NCBI GenBank assembly: GCA_965223855.1
Contig: CBDCXM010000008.1
Span: 128,001-192,000, forward strand
Length of the DNA stretch: 64,000 nucleotides
DNA from: Candidatus Multivoradales bacterium
GTDB taxonomy: Bacteria > Acidobacteriota > Thermoanaerobaculia > Multivoradales > JAHEKO01
Direction of reading: 5' to 3'
Below are positions 38,637-48,886 of the stretch, piece after piece. The translations under genes and the position numbers were made by a program. Each line of letters begins with the position of its first letter. Positions within the stretch are counted from its first letter, which is position 1. The notes under the pieces were generated by a model. That model was given only the letters and a program-made list of their open reading frames with translations, did not search any database and was not told where the DNA came from.

Positions 38637-39446
38637 CTAGGTGGACTTCGAGGTGATCCAGGTGTCGAGCTTGTAGGCGCGCTTCACGGTGTCGGCGACC
38701 CGCTCGGCATCGCCGCGCTCCGTGTAAGGCCCGATGCGGACGCGGTACATCGTCCGCCCCTCGACCTCCACCGGCGACAGGAAGGCCGGATGCCCACCCG
38801 AGGTGAGTTGGCCGAGGACCTTGCGCGCCTGGTTGGCGTCGTTCGACGAGAAGACCTGCACCACCAGGTCTCCTTCGGCGCCCGCAGCGGGCCCGCTCGC
38901 CACCGCGGTCCCGGTCGACGCCACCTGCGGTTCGACCTCGCGGGTCACCGGCACCGGTGCCTCCGGCTCGTTGCGACGGCTGACCGCCTCTCCGGCGCGC
39001 ACGATCAGGTCCTCAGGTGGTGAGCGCCGCTCGGCGACCGCTTCGCGCTCCCTGCCCTCGAGGTCGTCGACGAGAGTCGTGCCGCTGCGCACGGTATCGA
39101 TCGCGGGCTTCTGCGGCTCGTCAGCATCCCGCCGACGCGGAGTCTCGCGAGCTCCGCCGTCGGAGGCGCTCTCCTCGCTCGTGCCGTCTCCGGCGGTAGC
39201 CGAGCCATCCTCGCCGTCGCGGAAGAAGTTGAGCTGGCCCACTTCGCCGTTCTCGACCGCGGCGGCCAGTTCGTCGCTCGCCACCTGCGGCGACGCCTCT
39301 CTGGCGGTCTCACCACCGTCGCGGCCGATCCACACACCGGAAAAGAACGCCGCGACGAGGCACAGCAGCAGGACGACGAAGATCTTGACGATCTGCGAGT
39401 GCGTCAGAGCGATCTCGTACCAGCTCGCTTCTCGGGATTCGGACAT
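38637..39446 (-). CDS. SPOR domain cell-division protein (DedD/FtsN-like)
   Basis: One N-terminal TM helix, a low-complexity linker, and VQVFSS...YRVRIGPY SPOR domain. Confidence 0.85.
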   Translation of the reverse strand: MSESREASWYEIALTHSQIVKIFVVLLLCLVAAFFSGVWIGRDGGETAREASPQVASDELAAAVENGEVGQLNFFRDGEDGSATAGDGTSEESASDGGARETPRRRDADEPQKPAIDTVRSGTTLVDDLEGREREAVAERRSPPEDLIVRAGEAVSRRNEPEAPVPVTREVEPQVASTGTAVASGPAAGAEGDLVVQVFSSNDANQARKVLGQLTSGGHPAFLSPVEVEGRTMYRVRIGPYTERGDAERVADTVKRAYKLDTWITSKST

Positions 39447-39478
39447 CAAACTCTCCTACGGACGCAACAGCCGCTCGT

Positions 39479-40255
39479 CTAGAGGGATTCCCCGCCGCGA
39501 TTGGTGGGAATGAACGCCTTCATCAGGTCGATCGGCAGCGGGAAGACGATCGTCGAGTTGTGCTCGGCCGAGATCTCGGTGAGCGTTTGCAGATAGCGCA
39601 ACTGGAGTGTCGCCGGGTTGTCGGCGAACTTGCTGGCTGCTTCCGCCAGCGCCTCGGACGCCCGCAGCTCGCCGTCGGCATGGATGATCTTGGCCCGCTT
39701 CTCGCGCTCCGCCTCCGCCTGCCGCGCCATCGCACGCTGCATCTCCTGCGGCAGATCGACGTGCTTGACTTCGACCGAGGAGACCTTGATCCCCCACGGG
39801 TCGGTGTGCGCGTCGATGATCTCCTGGAGCTGGTCGTTGAGCTTCTCGCGCTCGGACAGCAGCTCGTCGAGCTCCGCCTGACCGAGCACCGAGCGCAGCG
39901 TCGTCTGCGCCATCTGACTCGTGGCGAAGAGGTAGTTCTCGACCTCGACGACCGACTTGGCCGGATCGACCACACGGAAGTAGACCACCGCATTGACCTT
40001 GACCGACACGTTGTCCTTGGTGATGACGTCCTGCGACGGCACGTCGTGAACGACCGTGCGCAGCGACACCTTCACCATCTTGTCGATCGGATACGGCACC
40101 AGCACGAGACCCGGGCCCTTGGCGCCGGGCACCAGGCGCCCGAGGCGGAAGATCACCCCCCGCTCGTACTCGTTGAGAACGTTGATCCAGCGGGTCAGCA
40201 GGAACAGACCCACGAGCATGAATGCGAAGAAAACGACACTCATCGAGCCGATCAT
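39479..40255 (-). CDS. SPFH/slipin (stomatin-like) protein
   Basis: [33 protein letters not shown] and QAEAERE. Confidence 0.95.
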   Translation of the reverse strand: MIGSMSVVFFAFMLVGLFLLTRWINVLNEYERGVIFRLGRLVPGAKGPGLVLVPYPIDKMVKVSLRTVVHDVPSQDVITKDNVSVKVNAVVYFRVVDPAKSVVEVENYLFATSQMAQTTLRSVLGQAELDELLSEREKLNDQLQEIIDAHTDPWGIKVSSVEVKHVDLPQEMQRAMARQAEAEREKRAKIIHADGELRASEALAEAASKFADNPATLQLRYLQTLTEISAEHNSTIVFPLPIDLMKAFIPTNRGGESL

Positions 40256-40288
40256 CGGACGATCCTCCTCTGCTTGCGGTGCATCGGG

Positions 40289-41617
40289 TCAGGCTTCGGG
40301 TTCGACCCGCAGCGTCATGCCGTCGACCGCGACGACACGAATCGGCGTGCCGCTCGCGATCTCACGGTCGGCAATAGCGTTCCACAGCTCGCCGTGAATG
40401 AAAACCTTGCCGGCGGGATCGAGGTCGGAGCGCGCCACCCCCTTGCGCAGCAGCAGCCCCTCGGCGCCGGTGGTCACGCCGCTGCGGTGGGTGCGGACGA
40501 CCATCGTCAGCAGGATGCCGCCGACCAGCGCGCTCATCGCGGTCAGCGAGGCGATCACCTCCCAGCTCACCCTCACCGCCGGGTCGGTGCTCTTGAACAG
40601 CAGCACGTAGCCCATCACCAGCGAGGCGAGCGCCGCCAGCGACAGGAAGCCGTAGCTCGTCACCTTGATCTCGGCGATGAACAGCACTCCCGCCAGTAAC
40701 AGCAGCAGGATCCCGGCGTAGTTGACCGGCAGCACCGAGAGCGCCAGGAAGGCGAGGATCAGGCTGATCGCTCCGATCACCCCCGGGATCAGCGTTCCCG
40801 GGTTCTGGAACTCGAAGTAGAGGCCGAGGAAGCCGAGCGACATCAGGATCGCCGCGATGTTCGGGTGGGCGATCAGCGACAGGAACTTCTGGTAGCCGCT
40901 CATCTCGAAACTCTGGCGGGCGGCGCCGACGGTCGCGATCGTCGTCTCGCCGTCGCGGATTTCGCGGCCGTCCAGCTGGTCGAGCAGGTCGTCCAGATCG
41001 GTCGCCACCAGGTCGATCAGCCCCTCCTCGAGCGCCTCGTCGGCGGTGAACGAGCGGCTGTCGATCACCGCCGAGACCGCCAGCTCGACCGGCCGGCCGT
41101 TGCGCTCCGCCAGCGAGCGCATCTGCGCCGAGGCGTCCTCCTCGACCTTCGCCCCCATGTCGCCCTCGATGTCCTTGCCGTCCCCGGCCACCGGGTGGGC
41201 CGCGCCGGTGTTGGTCCCCGGCGCCATCGCGGCGACGTCCGCCGACATCAGGAGGAAGAACCCGGCGGAGGCGGCATGAGCTCCGGTCGGTGACACGTAG
41301 ACCACCACCGGCACGTCGCTGTTGAGCATCAGGGTCGAGATCTCACGCGTCTGATCGAGCATCCCGCCTGGAGTCGAGAGCTCCATCACGACCACAGAGG
41401 CATCCAGTTCCTCCGCCCTGGCGAGAGCCTCGGCGACGAACTCGGTCGTGCCGCGGTGAATGATCGAGTCGACGGTGAAGTGGAGCGCCGGCCCGGAACG
41501 GGCCTCGCTCGCTTCCGTCTCCTGAGCCAGCGACGGACCCGTTGCGCCTGCCAACAGGACAGCAAGGAGAACCGCCGGCAGCGCGAAGAGGCTCGGAAAG
41601 ATCTTTGTTCTCGGCAC
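40289..41617 (-). CDS. NfeD family membrane serine protease (long form)
   Basis: GAGGAG RBS before a GTG start; STPGG, AASAG, MAPGTNTGAAHPV and GKVFIHGELW; adjacent to the SPFH gene. Confidence 0.92.
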   Translation of the reverse strand: MPRTKIFPSLFALPAVLLAVLLAGATGPSLAQETEASEARSGPALHFTVDSIIHRGTTEFVAEALARAEELDASVVVMELSTPGGMLDQTREISTLMLNSDVPVVVYVSPTGAHAASAGFFLLMSADVAAMAPGTNTGAAHPVAGDGKDIEGDMGAKVEEDASAQMRSLAERNGRPVELAVSAVIDSRSFTADEALEEGLIDLVATDLDDLLDQLDGREIRDGETTIATVGAARQSFEMSGYQKFLSLIAHPNIAAILMSLGFLGLYFEFQNPGTLIPGVIGAISLILAFLALSVLPVNYAGILLLLLAGVLFIAEIKVTSYGFLSLAALASLVMGYVLLFKSTDPAVRVSWEVIASLTAMSALVGGILLTMVVRTHRSGVTTGAEGLLLRKGVARSDLDPAGKVFIHGELWNAIADREIASGTPIRVVAVDGMTLRVEPEA

Positions 41618-41748
41618 TTTAGGGCTCCTCAAACGCCTGTTCCACTATATCGCCTGCGACCCGGGACTGCTGACAACGAATACGCGACCGCGCCGGCAGC
41701 TCTTCCGGCGGTTCTTCCCACTGTTTCGCCCCGATGTCGGTCGTGGAT

Positions 41749-43935
41749 TCAGAGCGCCAGCTCGACGGTCTCCGGCGCGCGGCAACTGCTGTCGTCGCAC
41801 GCCTGGTAGGTGAGTCGGAGCCGCGCGTCCCGGCGCACCTTCTCGACCTCGAGCACGATCTCGGCACGGCCGCGGAGTATCGAGAGCGCTGGCAAGCCTT
41901 CTCCACCCTGCCACGACTCGGGCTCGGGCAGCCGCACCGCGAGCACCTCTCCCCCTTCGAGCTCGAGGGTCGTCGCGGCGGCATCGCTCTCGCCTGCCGC
42001 CTCCGCAGGATCGACCGCGGCGCCCAGGTGCCAGCCCTCGGCGATCTCGAGCACCAGCCGCAACGTGCCGGCGCCGCGCTGCAAGTCCGCCCACAGGACG
42101 GGGCGGACAATCGCGGCGTCCTCGCTCGAGGCGGAGGCCTCCTCCCCGGCGAACCGGCGCGCCGCCAGACAGAGCGTCATCGCCGAGGCGGGACTGGCCG
42201 CCGCCAGCTCGCCGAAGGCCAGCAGCGAGCGCTCCGCGAGCCCCCGGAACCGCTCCTCGCCGGTCGCCTCGGCGAGCGTCAGCAGGTTGTCGACCGCGAT
42301 GCCGTTGGCACTCGGCACCGCCCCCTCGAACACCTCCTTCGACCGCACCAGCAGGTCGTCGGCCGGCGCGGCGACGAAGAAGCCGCCGTCCTCGGGGTCG
42401 AGCAGGCGCTCCGCCTGCTGATCCGTCAGCTCGACGGCAGCCGCCAGCCAACTCTCCTCACCGGTCGCCCGATGGAGCGCCAGAAGACCGCGCACCATGA
42501 AGACGTAGTCACCCAGGAAGGCGTCGATCCGCGCCTTGCCGCCGAGCCAGGCATGTTGGAGGACACCCTCTCCGTCCCGCAACTCGTCGAGGACGAAGCG
42601 TGCCGCCCGAGCCGCCCGCTCCGCGTACTTCGGCTCGTCGAGCGCCCGCGCCGCCTCGGCGAGGCCGCCGATCATCATCCCGTTCCAGTCGGCGAGCACC
42701 TTGTCGTCGATCGAGAGTGCCGGCCGCGCCGCCCGTGCGGTAAAGAGCTTTGAGCGCGCCGCATCGACTTCGGCGACGAGCTCTTCGGTGGCCATCCGCC
42801 GACGCTGTGCCTGCGCCGCCAGCGGCTCGGGGAAGTGGATGACGTACTGCGTCCGCTCGAAGAACGGCGACTGGTCGTAGCCGAGGATCGGCGCCAGGTA
42901 CTCCGAGTCCTCGGCCCCCAGAGCAGCGTCGAGCTCCGCCCGAGTCCAGACGTAGAACGCCCCCTCGTGGCCGTCCGTCTCCGCATCGAGCGCACTCCGG
43001 AAGCCCCCCTCGGGCGCGGTCATCTCGCGATCGAGGAACTCGGCCGTCTGCTCGACCACCCGGCGCGCCCAGTCCTCGCCGGTGCGCTCGAAGTGGCGGG
43101 CGTAGAGCTCCATCAGCCAGCCGTTGTCGTAGAGCATCTTCTCGAAGTGCGGGATCTTCCACTCACGATCGGTCGCATAGCGGTGAAAGCCCCCGGCGAC
43201 CTGGTCGTAGATCCCGCCACGCGCCATCTGGTCGAGCGTCGACACGAGAATCTCCTCCGCCTGCGGATGCTCACCGAGGAACGCCTCGAGCAGCAGCAGG
43301 TTCGACGGCGTCGGGAACTTCGGCGCGACCCCGAAGCCCCCCCACTGCGGGTCGTAGCGCCGCGTCAGATCGGCCAGCGCGCTCTCGGCCGCGCCGGGAC
43401 CCGGTACCTCGCTCGAAGGCTGCGCCCGCTCCTCCAGATAGTGCCGGATCGCTTTGGCGACACTCTTCGCCTGCTCGTGAACGTCCTCCCGCCGCTCGAC
43501 CCAGGCGTCGCGCATCGACCGCAGCACCGTCGGGAAGCCAGGCCGCCCGTGCTGATCGCTCGGCGGGAAATACGTGCCGGCGAAGTACGGCTCGAGATCG
43601 GGAGTCAGAAACAGCGAGTTCGGCCACCCCCCCTGCCCCGCCATCACCTGCGTCGCCACCATGTAAATCTCGTCGAGATCCGGCCGCTCCTCACGATCGA
43701 CCTTGATGTTGACGAACCCCTCGTTCATCAACGCCGCCGTCGCCTCGTCCTCGAACGACTCGCGCTCCATGACGTGGCACCAGTAGCAGGTCGAATAGCC
43801 GACCGAGAGGAAGATCGGCTTGTCCTCGCTGCGAGCCCTATCAAGAGCTTCAGGCCCCCAGGGGTGCCAATCGACCGGGTTCTCAGCGTGCTGGAGCAGA
43901 TAGGGCGAGGTCTCGGCGGACAGTCGGTTTGCCAT
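41749..43935 (-). CDS. YyaL/DUF255 thioredoxin-domain protein with a C-terminal DsbD-N-like tail
   Basis: [51 protein letters not shown] and YQACDDSSC. Confidence 0.93.
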   Translation of the reverse strand: MANRLSAETSPYLLQHAENPVDWHPWGPEALDRARSEDKPIFLSVGYSTCYWCHVMERESFEDEATAALMNEGFVNIKVDREERPDLDEIYMVATQVMAGQGGWPNSLFLTPDLEPYFAGTYFPPSDQHGRPGFPTVLRSMRDAWVERREDVHEQAKSVAKAIRHYLEERAQPSSEVPGPGAAESALADLTRRYDPQWGGFGVAPKFPTPSNLLLLEAFLGEHPQAEEILVSTLDQMARGGIYDQVAGGFHRYATDREWKIPHFEKMLYDNGWLMELYARHFERTGEDWARRVVEQTAEFLDREMTAPEGGFRSALDAETDGHEGAFYVWTRAELDAALGAEDSEYLAPILGYDQSPFFERTQYVIHFPEPLAAQAQRRRMATEELVAEVDAARSKLFTARAARPALSIDDKVLADWNGMMIGGLAEAARALDEPKYAERAARAARFVLDELRDGEGVLQHAWLGGKARIDAFLGDYVFMVRGLLALHRATGEESWLAAAVELTDQQAERLLDPEDGGFFVAAPADDLLVRSKEVFEGAVPSANGIAVDNLLTLAEATGEERFRGLAERSLLAFGELAAASPASAMTLCLAARRFAGEEASASSEDAAIVRPVLWADLQRGAGTLRLVLEIAEGWHLGAAVDPAEAAGESDAAATTLELEGGEVLAVRLPEPESWQGGEGLPALSILRGRAEIVLEVEKVRRDARLRLTYQACDDSSCRAPETVELAL

Positions 43936-44288
43936 AACACGAGTCTAGCGGGCGGGCCGGGCGTGGACACTTCACGGCGCGCTGTCGGCCTCCAGACGTC
44001 ATTCGACTGCCCAACTTTCCTGCGCTTGAACTCATCACGTAGCTTCCACCGCCGGGTGCTCAGGGGCTCAACAGTCGGAGCCAACGGTACCCACATCGGA
44101 GATCTCGCAAGCGGCGCTCTCAGACCACTCTCCGATCGACACAGCTTGCTCGAGGCTTCCGGCTCGGCGGACTCGACGAGTTGAAGGAGGGGCGACCATC
44201 GCCGACTGGCCAGTTCGAAGTAGAGTGTGGCCGCCCGGCCGCGGCCTCTCTCGAGGCCTACGTCCTATCTCCTTCGAGGTTACGACCG

Positions 44289-45152
44289 TTGCGCGACGTC
44301 GACCGCATTCGCCGCATCGCCATCACAGCGATGTTCTCGGATGATGCGCTCATGGACCAGCTCACTCTGAAGGGTGGGAATGCGCTCCGGATGATCCACG
44401 GTATCGGAGGTCGAGCGACGTTGGACATTGATTTGTCAATGGAGGCCGACTTCGATGACTTTGACGCTGTGAAAGCTAGGGTGTTCCAACTTCTTGAGGA
44501 TCGCTTCGATTCTGAGGGCTACGTCGCCTTCGACCTTCGCTTCGAACGCCGCCCTCCGGGCTCACTGCCTGGTGATGCGTGGGGTGGCTACAACATCGAG
44601 TTCAAGGCTATATCCAAGGAGCTCTACGCGGAGTTTGAGGGCAATCGCGTACAGATTCGCAAGCGAGCCGAGACGGTCGGAGGCGACGCTCGCCAGACGA
44701 CGCGCTTTTCGATTCAGATCAGCACCTTCGAGTACTGCGGCGGGCGGTCACGAACCGAACTCGACGACTACACCATCTACGTGTACACCCTAGAGATGAT
44801 CGCGGCAGAGAAGCTACGGGCGATCTGCCAGCAACTGCCTTCTTATCCCGGCCGATTGCACCCGAAGGCACGAGCGAAGGACTTCTACGATATCTACGTG
44901 ATGTGGGACTCAAGAGCGGTCGATCTGAAGACCTCTGAGAGTCACGAGCTCGTGCGCAACACCTTCGCCGCCAAGGAGGTGCCGCTTGACTACTTGGGGA
45001 CACTCTCAGCGCCGGCAGTTCGGGAGTTCCATCGCACTGGCTGGCCAGAGGTGGTAGAGAGTGTCACTGGTGAGCTCAAGAGCTTCGACTACTACTTCGA
45101 TGCCGTCGTCGGGAACATAGTAGCGGCGCTAGAAACCCTCTGGGTGGAATAG
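44289..45152 (+). CDS. AbiEii/AbiGii (MenT-like) nucleotidyltransferase toxin
   Basis: [20 protein letters not shown] and RAKDFYD motifs; GAGGT RBS before a TTG start; atypical codon usage. Confidence 0.88.
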   Translation: MRDVDRIRRIAITAMFSDDALMDQLTLKGGNALRMIHGIGGRATLDIDLSMEADFDDFDAVKARVFQLLEDRFDSEGYVAFDLRFERRPPGSLPGDAWGGYNIEFKAISKELYAEFEGNRVQIRKRAETVGGDARQTTRFSIQISTFEYCGGRSRTELDDYTIYVYTLEMIAAEKLRAICQQLPSYPGRLHPKARAKDFYDIYVMWDSRAVDLKTSESHELVRNTFAAKEVPLDYLGTLSAPAVREFHRTGWPEVVESVTGELKSFDYYFDAVVGNIVAALETLWVE

Positions 45153-45998
45153 TCGCCAGGCCGGGTCGTACTCGGTTTCTTGTAGGTTGTGCGCGAGGTA
45201 GAAATCAAAGTCGAGTCCGAGCTCCCTCAAGAGTTCAAGCCTCTCGCCTGGATAGCCAGCGCGTTCGAGGTAGAAGCCGAGGGCCTGGTGGTAAGGGTAG
45301 ACATAGTCGAGCTTCTTGAGCGTGGCGACCAAGACGTTCACTGAGAGTCGATCTTTGGCAGCCTGGAACGCTTCAAGGACCTTGTAGACACCTCCGGCAT
45401 AGACCGGCCTGACAGTGGCGTCAATCAGCGAGCGCTCAAGCTTGGTGGCGTCGACCCTCTCTCCATCTGGGCCGGTTGCAGTACCCACTTCGAGCCGTCC
45501 GGTGTTCTTTCCGGCGAGAACCACGAAGCGCCATCTCTCCAGCTGGTAGATGAGCTGTGAGGTGCGTTGCTCACGAGCAAAGGCGCGGTCGATCCCTTCC
45601 TGCGAGAGGCTCGAGGAGCCACGAGGTTTAGGGCTCTGCTCCTTGTTGACGTAGAGGGTCGCCGGGTCCAAGTCCGTAAGCCCATGGAGAGAGAGCGCCG
45701 TGCCGTGCGACAGATAGGCGTTGGGGCGGATGCTTAGCCCGAGCTCGTAGGGCGTCGCGTCGCCCCAGGCGTAGCGCACGAGGTTTCCATAGCCAGACTC
45801 GAAGGTGTGCTTCCTGAGGGCACCACTGGAGCCGAGATAGTGAATGAACTTGGCGGTCGTAGTGCTCTGCGCAAGGCGCCAGAACTCGCGGTTCTCCGAG
45901 AGGATGCTGGCGAGCTGTTTCTGGCCGTAGACGCGCCTGTCGGCTTCCTCGAAGAGCCGGATGATGTCGGGTCTAGCTATCTGTAGGCGGGTGGGCAT
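45129..45998 (-). CDS. AbiEi-like type IV antitoxin / regulator
   Basis: [16 protein letters not shown] and [19 protein letters not shown], typical of the AbiEi C-terminal domain; N-terminal HTH-like region. Confidence 0.8.
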   Translation of the reverse strand: MPTRLQIARPDIIRLFEEADRRVYGQKQLASILSENREFWRLAQSTTTAKFIHYLGSSGALRKHTFESGYGNLVRYAWGDATPYELGLSIRPNAYLSHGTALSLHGLTDLDPATLYVNKEQSPKPRGSSSLSQEGIDRAFAREQRTSQLIYQLERWRFVVLAGKNTGRLEVGTATGPDGERVDATKLERSLIDATVRPVYAGGVYKVLEAFQAAKDRLSVNVLVATLKKLDYVYPYHQALGFYLERAGYPGERLELLRELGLDFDFYLAHNLQETEYDPAWRLFHPEGF

Positions 45999-46016
45999 CT
46001 CTTGCGCTGCCTTGCT

Positions 46017-46212
46017 GTGCTACCAGGTATATATACCTGGTAGCACGCCACAACGCAAGAGCTCGTCTGACCGGCGAGGTATACATACCAAGACCATAGA
46101 AGGCAGCTGTGGTCCCCTCCTACCCTCGCCCTTGCCGCATCGGCAGCGCCTTTCCCGGTCCTAGAGGGTATATATACCTACTAGGATCGGGAAAGGCGCT
46201 GCCGATGCGGCA
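46017..46212. repeat. Cluster of palindromes centred on GGTATA(T/C)ATACC
   Basis: Perfect 30-bp palindrome at 46017-46046; core at 46078-46089; 80-bp hairpin at 46133-46212 with 31/32 matching arm positions and core at 46167-46178. Confidence 0.9.
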
Positions 46213-46343
46213 TCTCGGCCCGGAGTGAGCCGAAGCACCTCAACGACGAGTTGCTTCAAGGCCACGCCCACCACTCGCCTGGCACCTCCAAGAAGGGATG
46301 ACTCGATGACACGCAGCCAGGCGTGTGCGATAACCTGCGGTCG

Positions 46344-46853
46344 ATGTCGGAGGCAGTGCTTGCTGCAGTCATCGCGGCTGCAGTTTCAGGTGTCGCCGCG
46401 GTGCTGTCCTACGTCGCAACTCAGCGGAAGCTCGCGGCTGAACGCCGGAACCTAAACTCGGCGCAACGGCGAAGGCTCACGGAAAAGCTCTACGACCTAC
46501 GGTTGGACTGCTATCCGAGCGCCTTCGAAATCACTGACCGCTTGCGCGGTGAGTACCTTTTCTCGGATGGACTAGAAGCAGACGGGGGAATCTCTCGGCA
46601 GGAGGTGACCGAAGTTCGCAGTCGGCTCCTGAAATGGCATGCGACCAAGGCTGGCTTCGTCCTGTCGAACTCCTCACTTCGAGCGTACTATCAACTTCGT
46701 GACGAGCTGGCGGATTCATCAAGAGAACCCCACTCGCGAAACAAGGTTCGTAGAATCTGGCGCGCTAAGAACCAGTTCCGGGGAGCTCTCAAGGCCGATC
46801 TTGGCCTGCTCTACGAAGAGGAGCGCGAGGACAGCTTTCGCAACCAAGGTTGA
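46344..46853 (+). CDS. Hypothetical protein with an N-terminal TM helix
   Basis: MSEAVLAAVIAAAVSGVAAVLSYV followed by a helical, charged domain; islet-type codon usage. Confidence 0.65.
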   Translation: MSEAVLAAVIAAAVSGVAAVLSYVATQRKLAAERRNLNSAQRRRLTEKLYDLRLDCYPSAFEITDRLRGEYLFSDGLEADGGISRQEVTEVRSRLLKWHATKAGFVLSNSSLRAYYQLRDELADSSREPHSRNKVRRIWRAKNQFRGALKADLGLLYEEEREDSFRNQG

Positions 46854-47018
46854 CGGCTCGCTCGTAGTTGCTATTCGGCCCCATCTACCTCAAAGGCGCA
46901 TTTGTACTCCCTGCCGCTCTGGGTTCCGGCAAGGCGAATGCGGCCTTTGGAACTCTGCGCTCACGCCTACTCGCTGAAGCCCAGAAGCCCGGACACCCTA
47001 GGCTGGTCGCGACCGGCC

Positions 47019-47714
47019 TCAGGCGTCCGCTTCGGCTAGCTTCCGATCCTGCGCCCGGGCGATCAGCAACAGGACGATGTTCCACAGGTTCCACCAGGTG
47101 AAGGTCAGCCAGCTCGGCCAGATCAGCAGGGCGACGTAGCTCCAGAAGCCGACGAAGAACGCCGCGCCGAGCAGCCCGTTCCACTGGACCTCGGGGAGCT
47201 TGAGTCGCGAGACCATCAGCGAAGCGAAGATCAGCACGACAACCGCCGCCTGGAGCGGGTGGAACTCGTCGCGCATCACCGTCACCGCCATCAGATAGCC
47301 GGCGGCGATCGGCGTCGGTACGCCGGTGGTCTTGGTCGCCTTGCCGTGGGCATCGCTCAGCAGGTTGAAGCGCGCCAGCCGGTAGACGCCGGCCATGACG
47401 AAAAGGATGCTGATGGCGACCCCGAAGCCCTCGAGCTCGTTGAGCATCGCGCGCTGCACGAGGAAGGCGGGCGCGACGCAGAAACTGATGGTGTCGCTGA
47501 AGCTGTCAAGCTGCTGGCCGAGTTCGCTCGTCGCCTTGAGCTTGCGCGCCACCCGGCCGTCGCACATGTCGAGGATGATGCCGATGAACAGCAGGTTGAC
47601 GGCGAAGTCGAACCGCCCGTTGGCCGCCGCGCACATCGAGCCGAAGCCCATGGCGAGGCAGGCGAACGTGAAGGCGTTGGGCGCGGCGTAGCGCCAGGAA
47701 TCGCGATGCGGCAC
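47019..47714 (-). CDS. pssA: CDP-alcohol phosphatidyltransferase (PssA-like)
   Basis: PNAFT, DMCDGRVAR...G.QLDSFSD..SF.VAP, RLARFN and GVPTP. Confidence 0.85.
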   Translation of the reverse strand: MPHRDSWRYAAPNAFTFACLAMGFGSMCAAANGRFDFAVNLLFIGIILDMCDGRVARKLKATSELGQQLDSFSDTISFCVAPAFLVQRAMLNELEGFGVAISILFVMAGVYRLARFNLLSDAHGKATKTTGVPTPIAAGYLMAVTVMRDEFHPLQAAVVVLIFASLMVSRLKLPEVQWNGLLGAAFFVGFWSYVALLIWPSWLTFTWWNLWNIVLLLIARAQDRKLAEADA

Positions 47715-47743
47715 GGTTCGACTCTGTCTCCTCGAGCGCTACC

Positions 47744-48718
47744 TTAGCAGGCGGATGTGACAACCGAACGCTCAACCCACGCGAGGAGCTGCGGGCAGAG
47801 CCCCGGAGTCGCCGTTTCGCCGAGGTCGAGTTGCCGGGGGAAGGCGACATGGCCGCCCCCCCGGACCCAACGGATGTCGATCCGGCTCGAAGCGGCCGGG
47901 AGTGCCCCGCGCACGGTGGACGCCGGCACCATCGGGTCCCCCTGGGTCGCCACCAGCAGCGCCGGCACGCGGAGCCTGTCGAGCCGGCTCGCCACGCTCG
48001 CCTGCTCGTAGTAGTCCCGCGCCCCCTCGTAGCCGTGCCGCGGCGCCACGATGCGCTCGTCCCACTCGAGGAGCGTCGAGATCCGTGCCGCCTCGGCGAC
48101 CGAGACCGGCTGCTCGCGGCGCCTCGAACAGGCGCCGTGGATCTCGCGCAGATGCCCCAGGAGATACCAGCGGTAGAGCCGCGCCGTAGGGCGATCGATC
48201 GCTCGCTGGCCGGCCGCCAGATCGAGCGGGGGGCAAACCGCCGCAACCGCCGCGACCCTCGGATCTCCCTTCTCGGTCGCCCAGCGCAATGCCATGTGCC
48301 CACCGAGCGAGTAGCCGACGACGACGATCTGCTCGTAGCCGGCCAGCGACGGGTCGGCCAGCGCGGCGTGGAGGTCGGCCGTCAGGCCGCCGTGGTAGAA
48401 GTCCTCGCCGCTGCGGTCGGCTCCGCGCAGGTTGAGTCTCAGGACGGCCCAGCCCGCCGCCTGCGCCGACCGGGCGAGCTGCCAGAGGTAGCGGCTCTCC
48501 GCCGAGCCGCCGAGACCGTGCACGCCGACCAGCAGGCGTCGAGCGTCGGCGCGCGTCGTCTGACCAGCCCCCTCGCCGAATCGCCCGGTGAGCCGCACCT
48601 CCCCCACTTTCGGATCCACGACCGTCGTCGACCACTCGGTGGCTTGGGGAGCCGGCCCCCCGGCGAGCCGCCGCCGGACGAGCGCCGAGACCGTTGTCAG
48701 GTGACCGGAAAGTGCCAT
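47744..48718 (-). CDS. YheT-like alpha/beta hydrolase
   Basis: GHLTTV, HGLGGSAES.Y, YHGGLTADL, GYSLGG, DPMV and GGHV.F. Confidence 0.85.
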   Translation of the reverse strand: MALSGHLTTVSALVRRRLAGGPAPQATEWSTTVVDPKVGEVRLTGRFGEGAGQTTRADARRLLVGVHGLGGSAESRYLWQLARSAQAAGWAVLRLNLRGADRSGEDFYHGGLTADLHAALADPSLAGYEQIVVVGYSLGGHMALRWATEKGDPRVAAVAAVCPPLDLAAGQRAIDRPTARLYRWYLLGHLREIHGACSRRREQPVSVAEAARISTLLEWDERIVAPRHGYEGARDYYEQASVASRLDRLRVPALLVATQGDPMVPASTVRGALPAASSRIDIRWVRGGGHVAFPRQLDLGETATPGLCPQLLAWVERSVVTSAC

Positions 48719-48886
48719 GAAGGAAGGGCTCTGGCCGACGAGTTGCTGCGGGAGGCCTGTGCTAAGTTCTCGTCGCCTCCGGCGCCTCGATGAGGCCCTC
48801 GGAGGCACCGTCCGACCTGCCGGACGGACCCCACTACCCGCCCCAATACCCGACCCCAACGACCGTCGCGGGAGCATACGCCTGCC

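Noticed and set aside
43940-44288. ORF fragment or att direct repeats bounding the AbiE islet
   Set aside because: The short minus-strand ORF has no recognisable family, and only 6-bp matches (GGACAC) were seen at the two flanks, which is not significant. No integrase or transposase is present.
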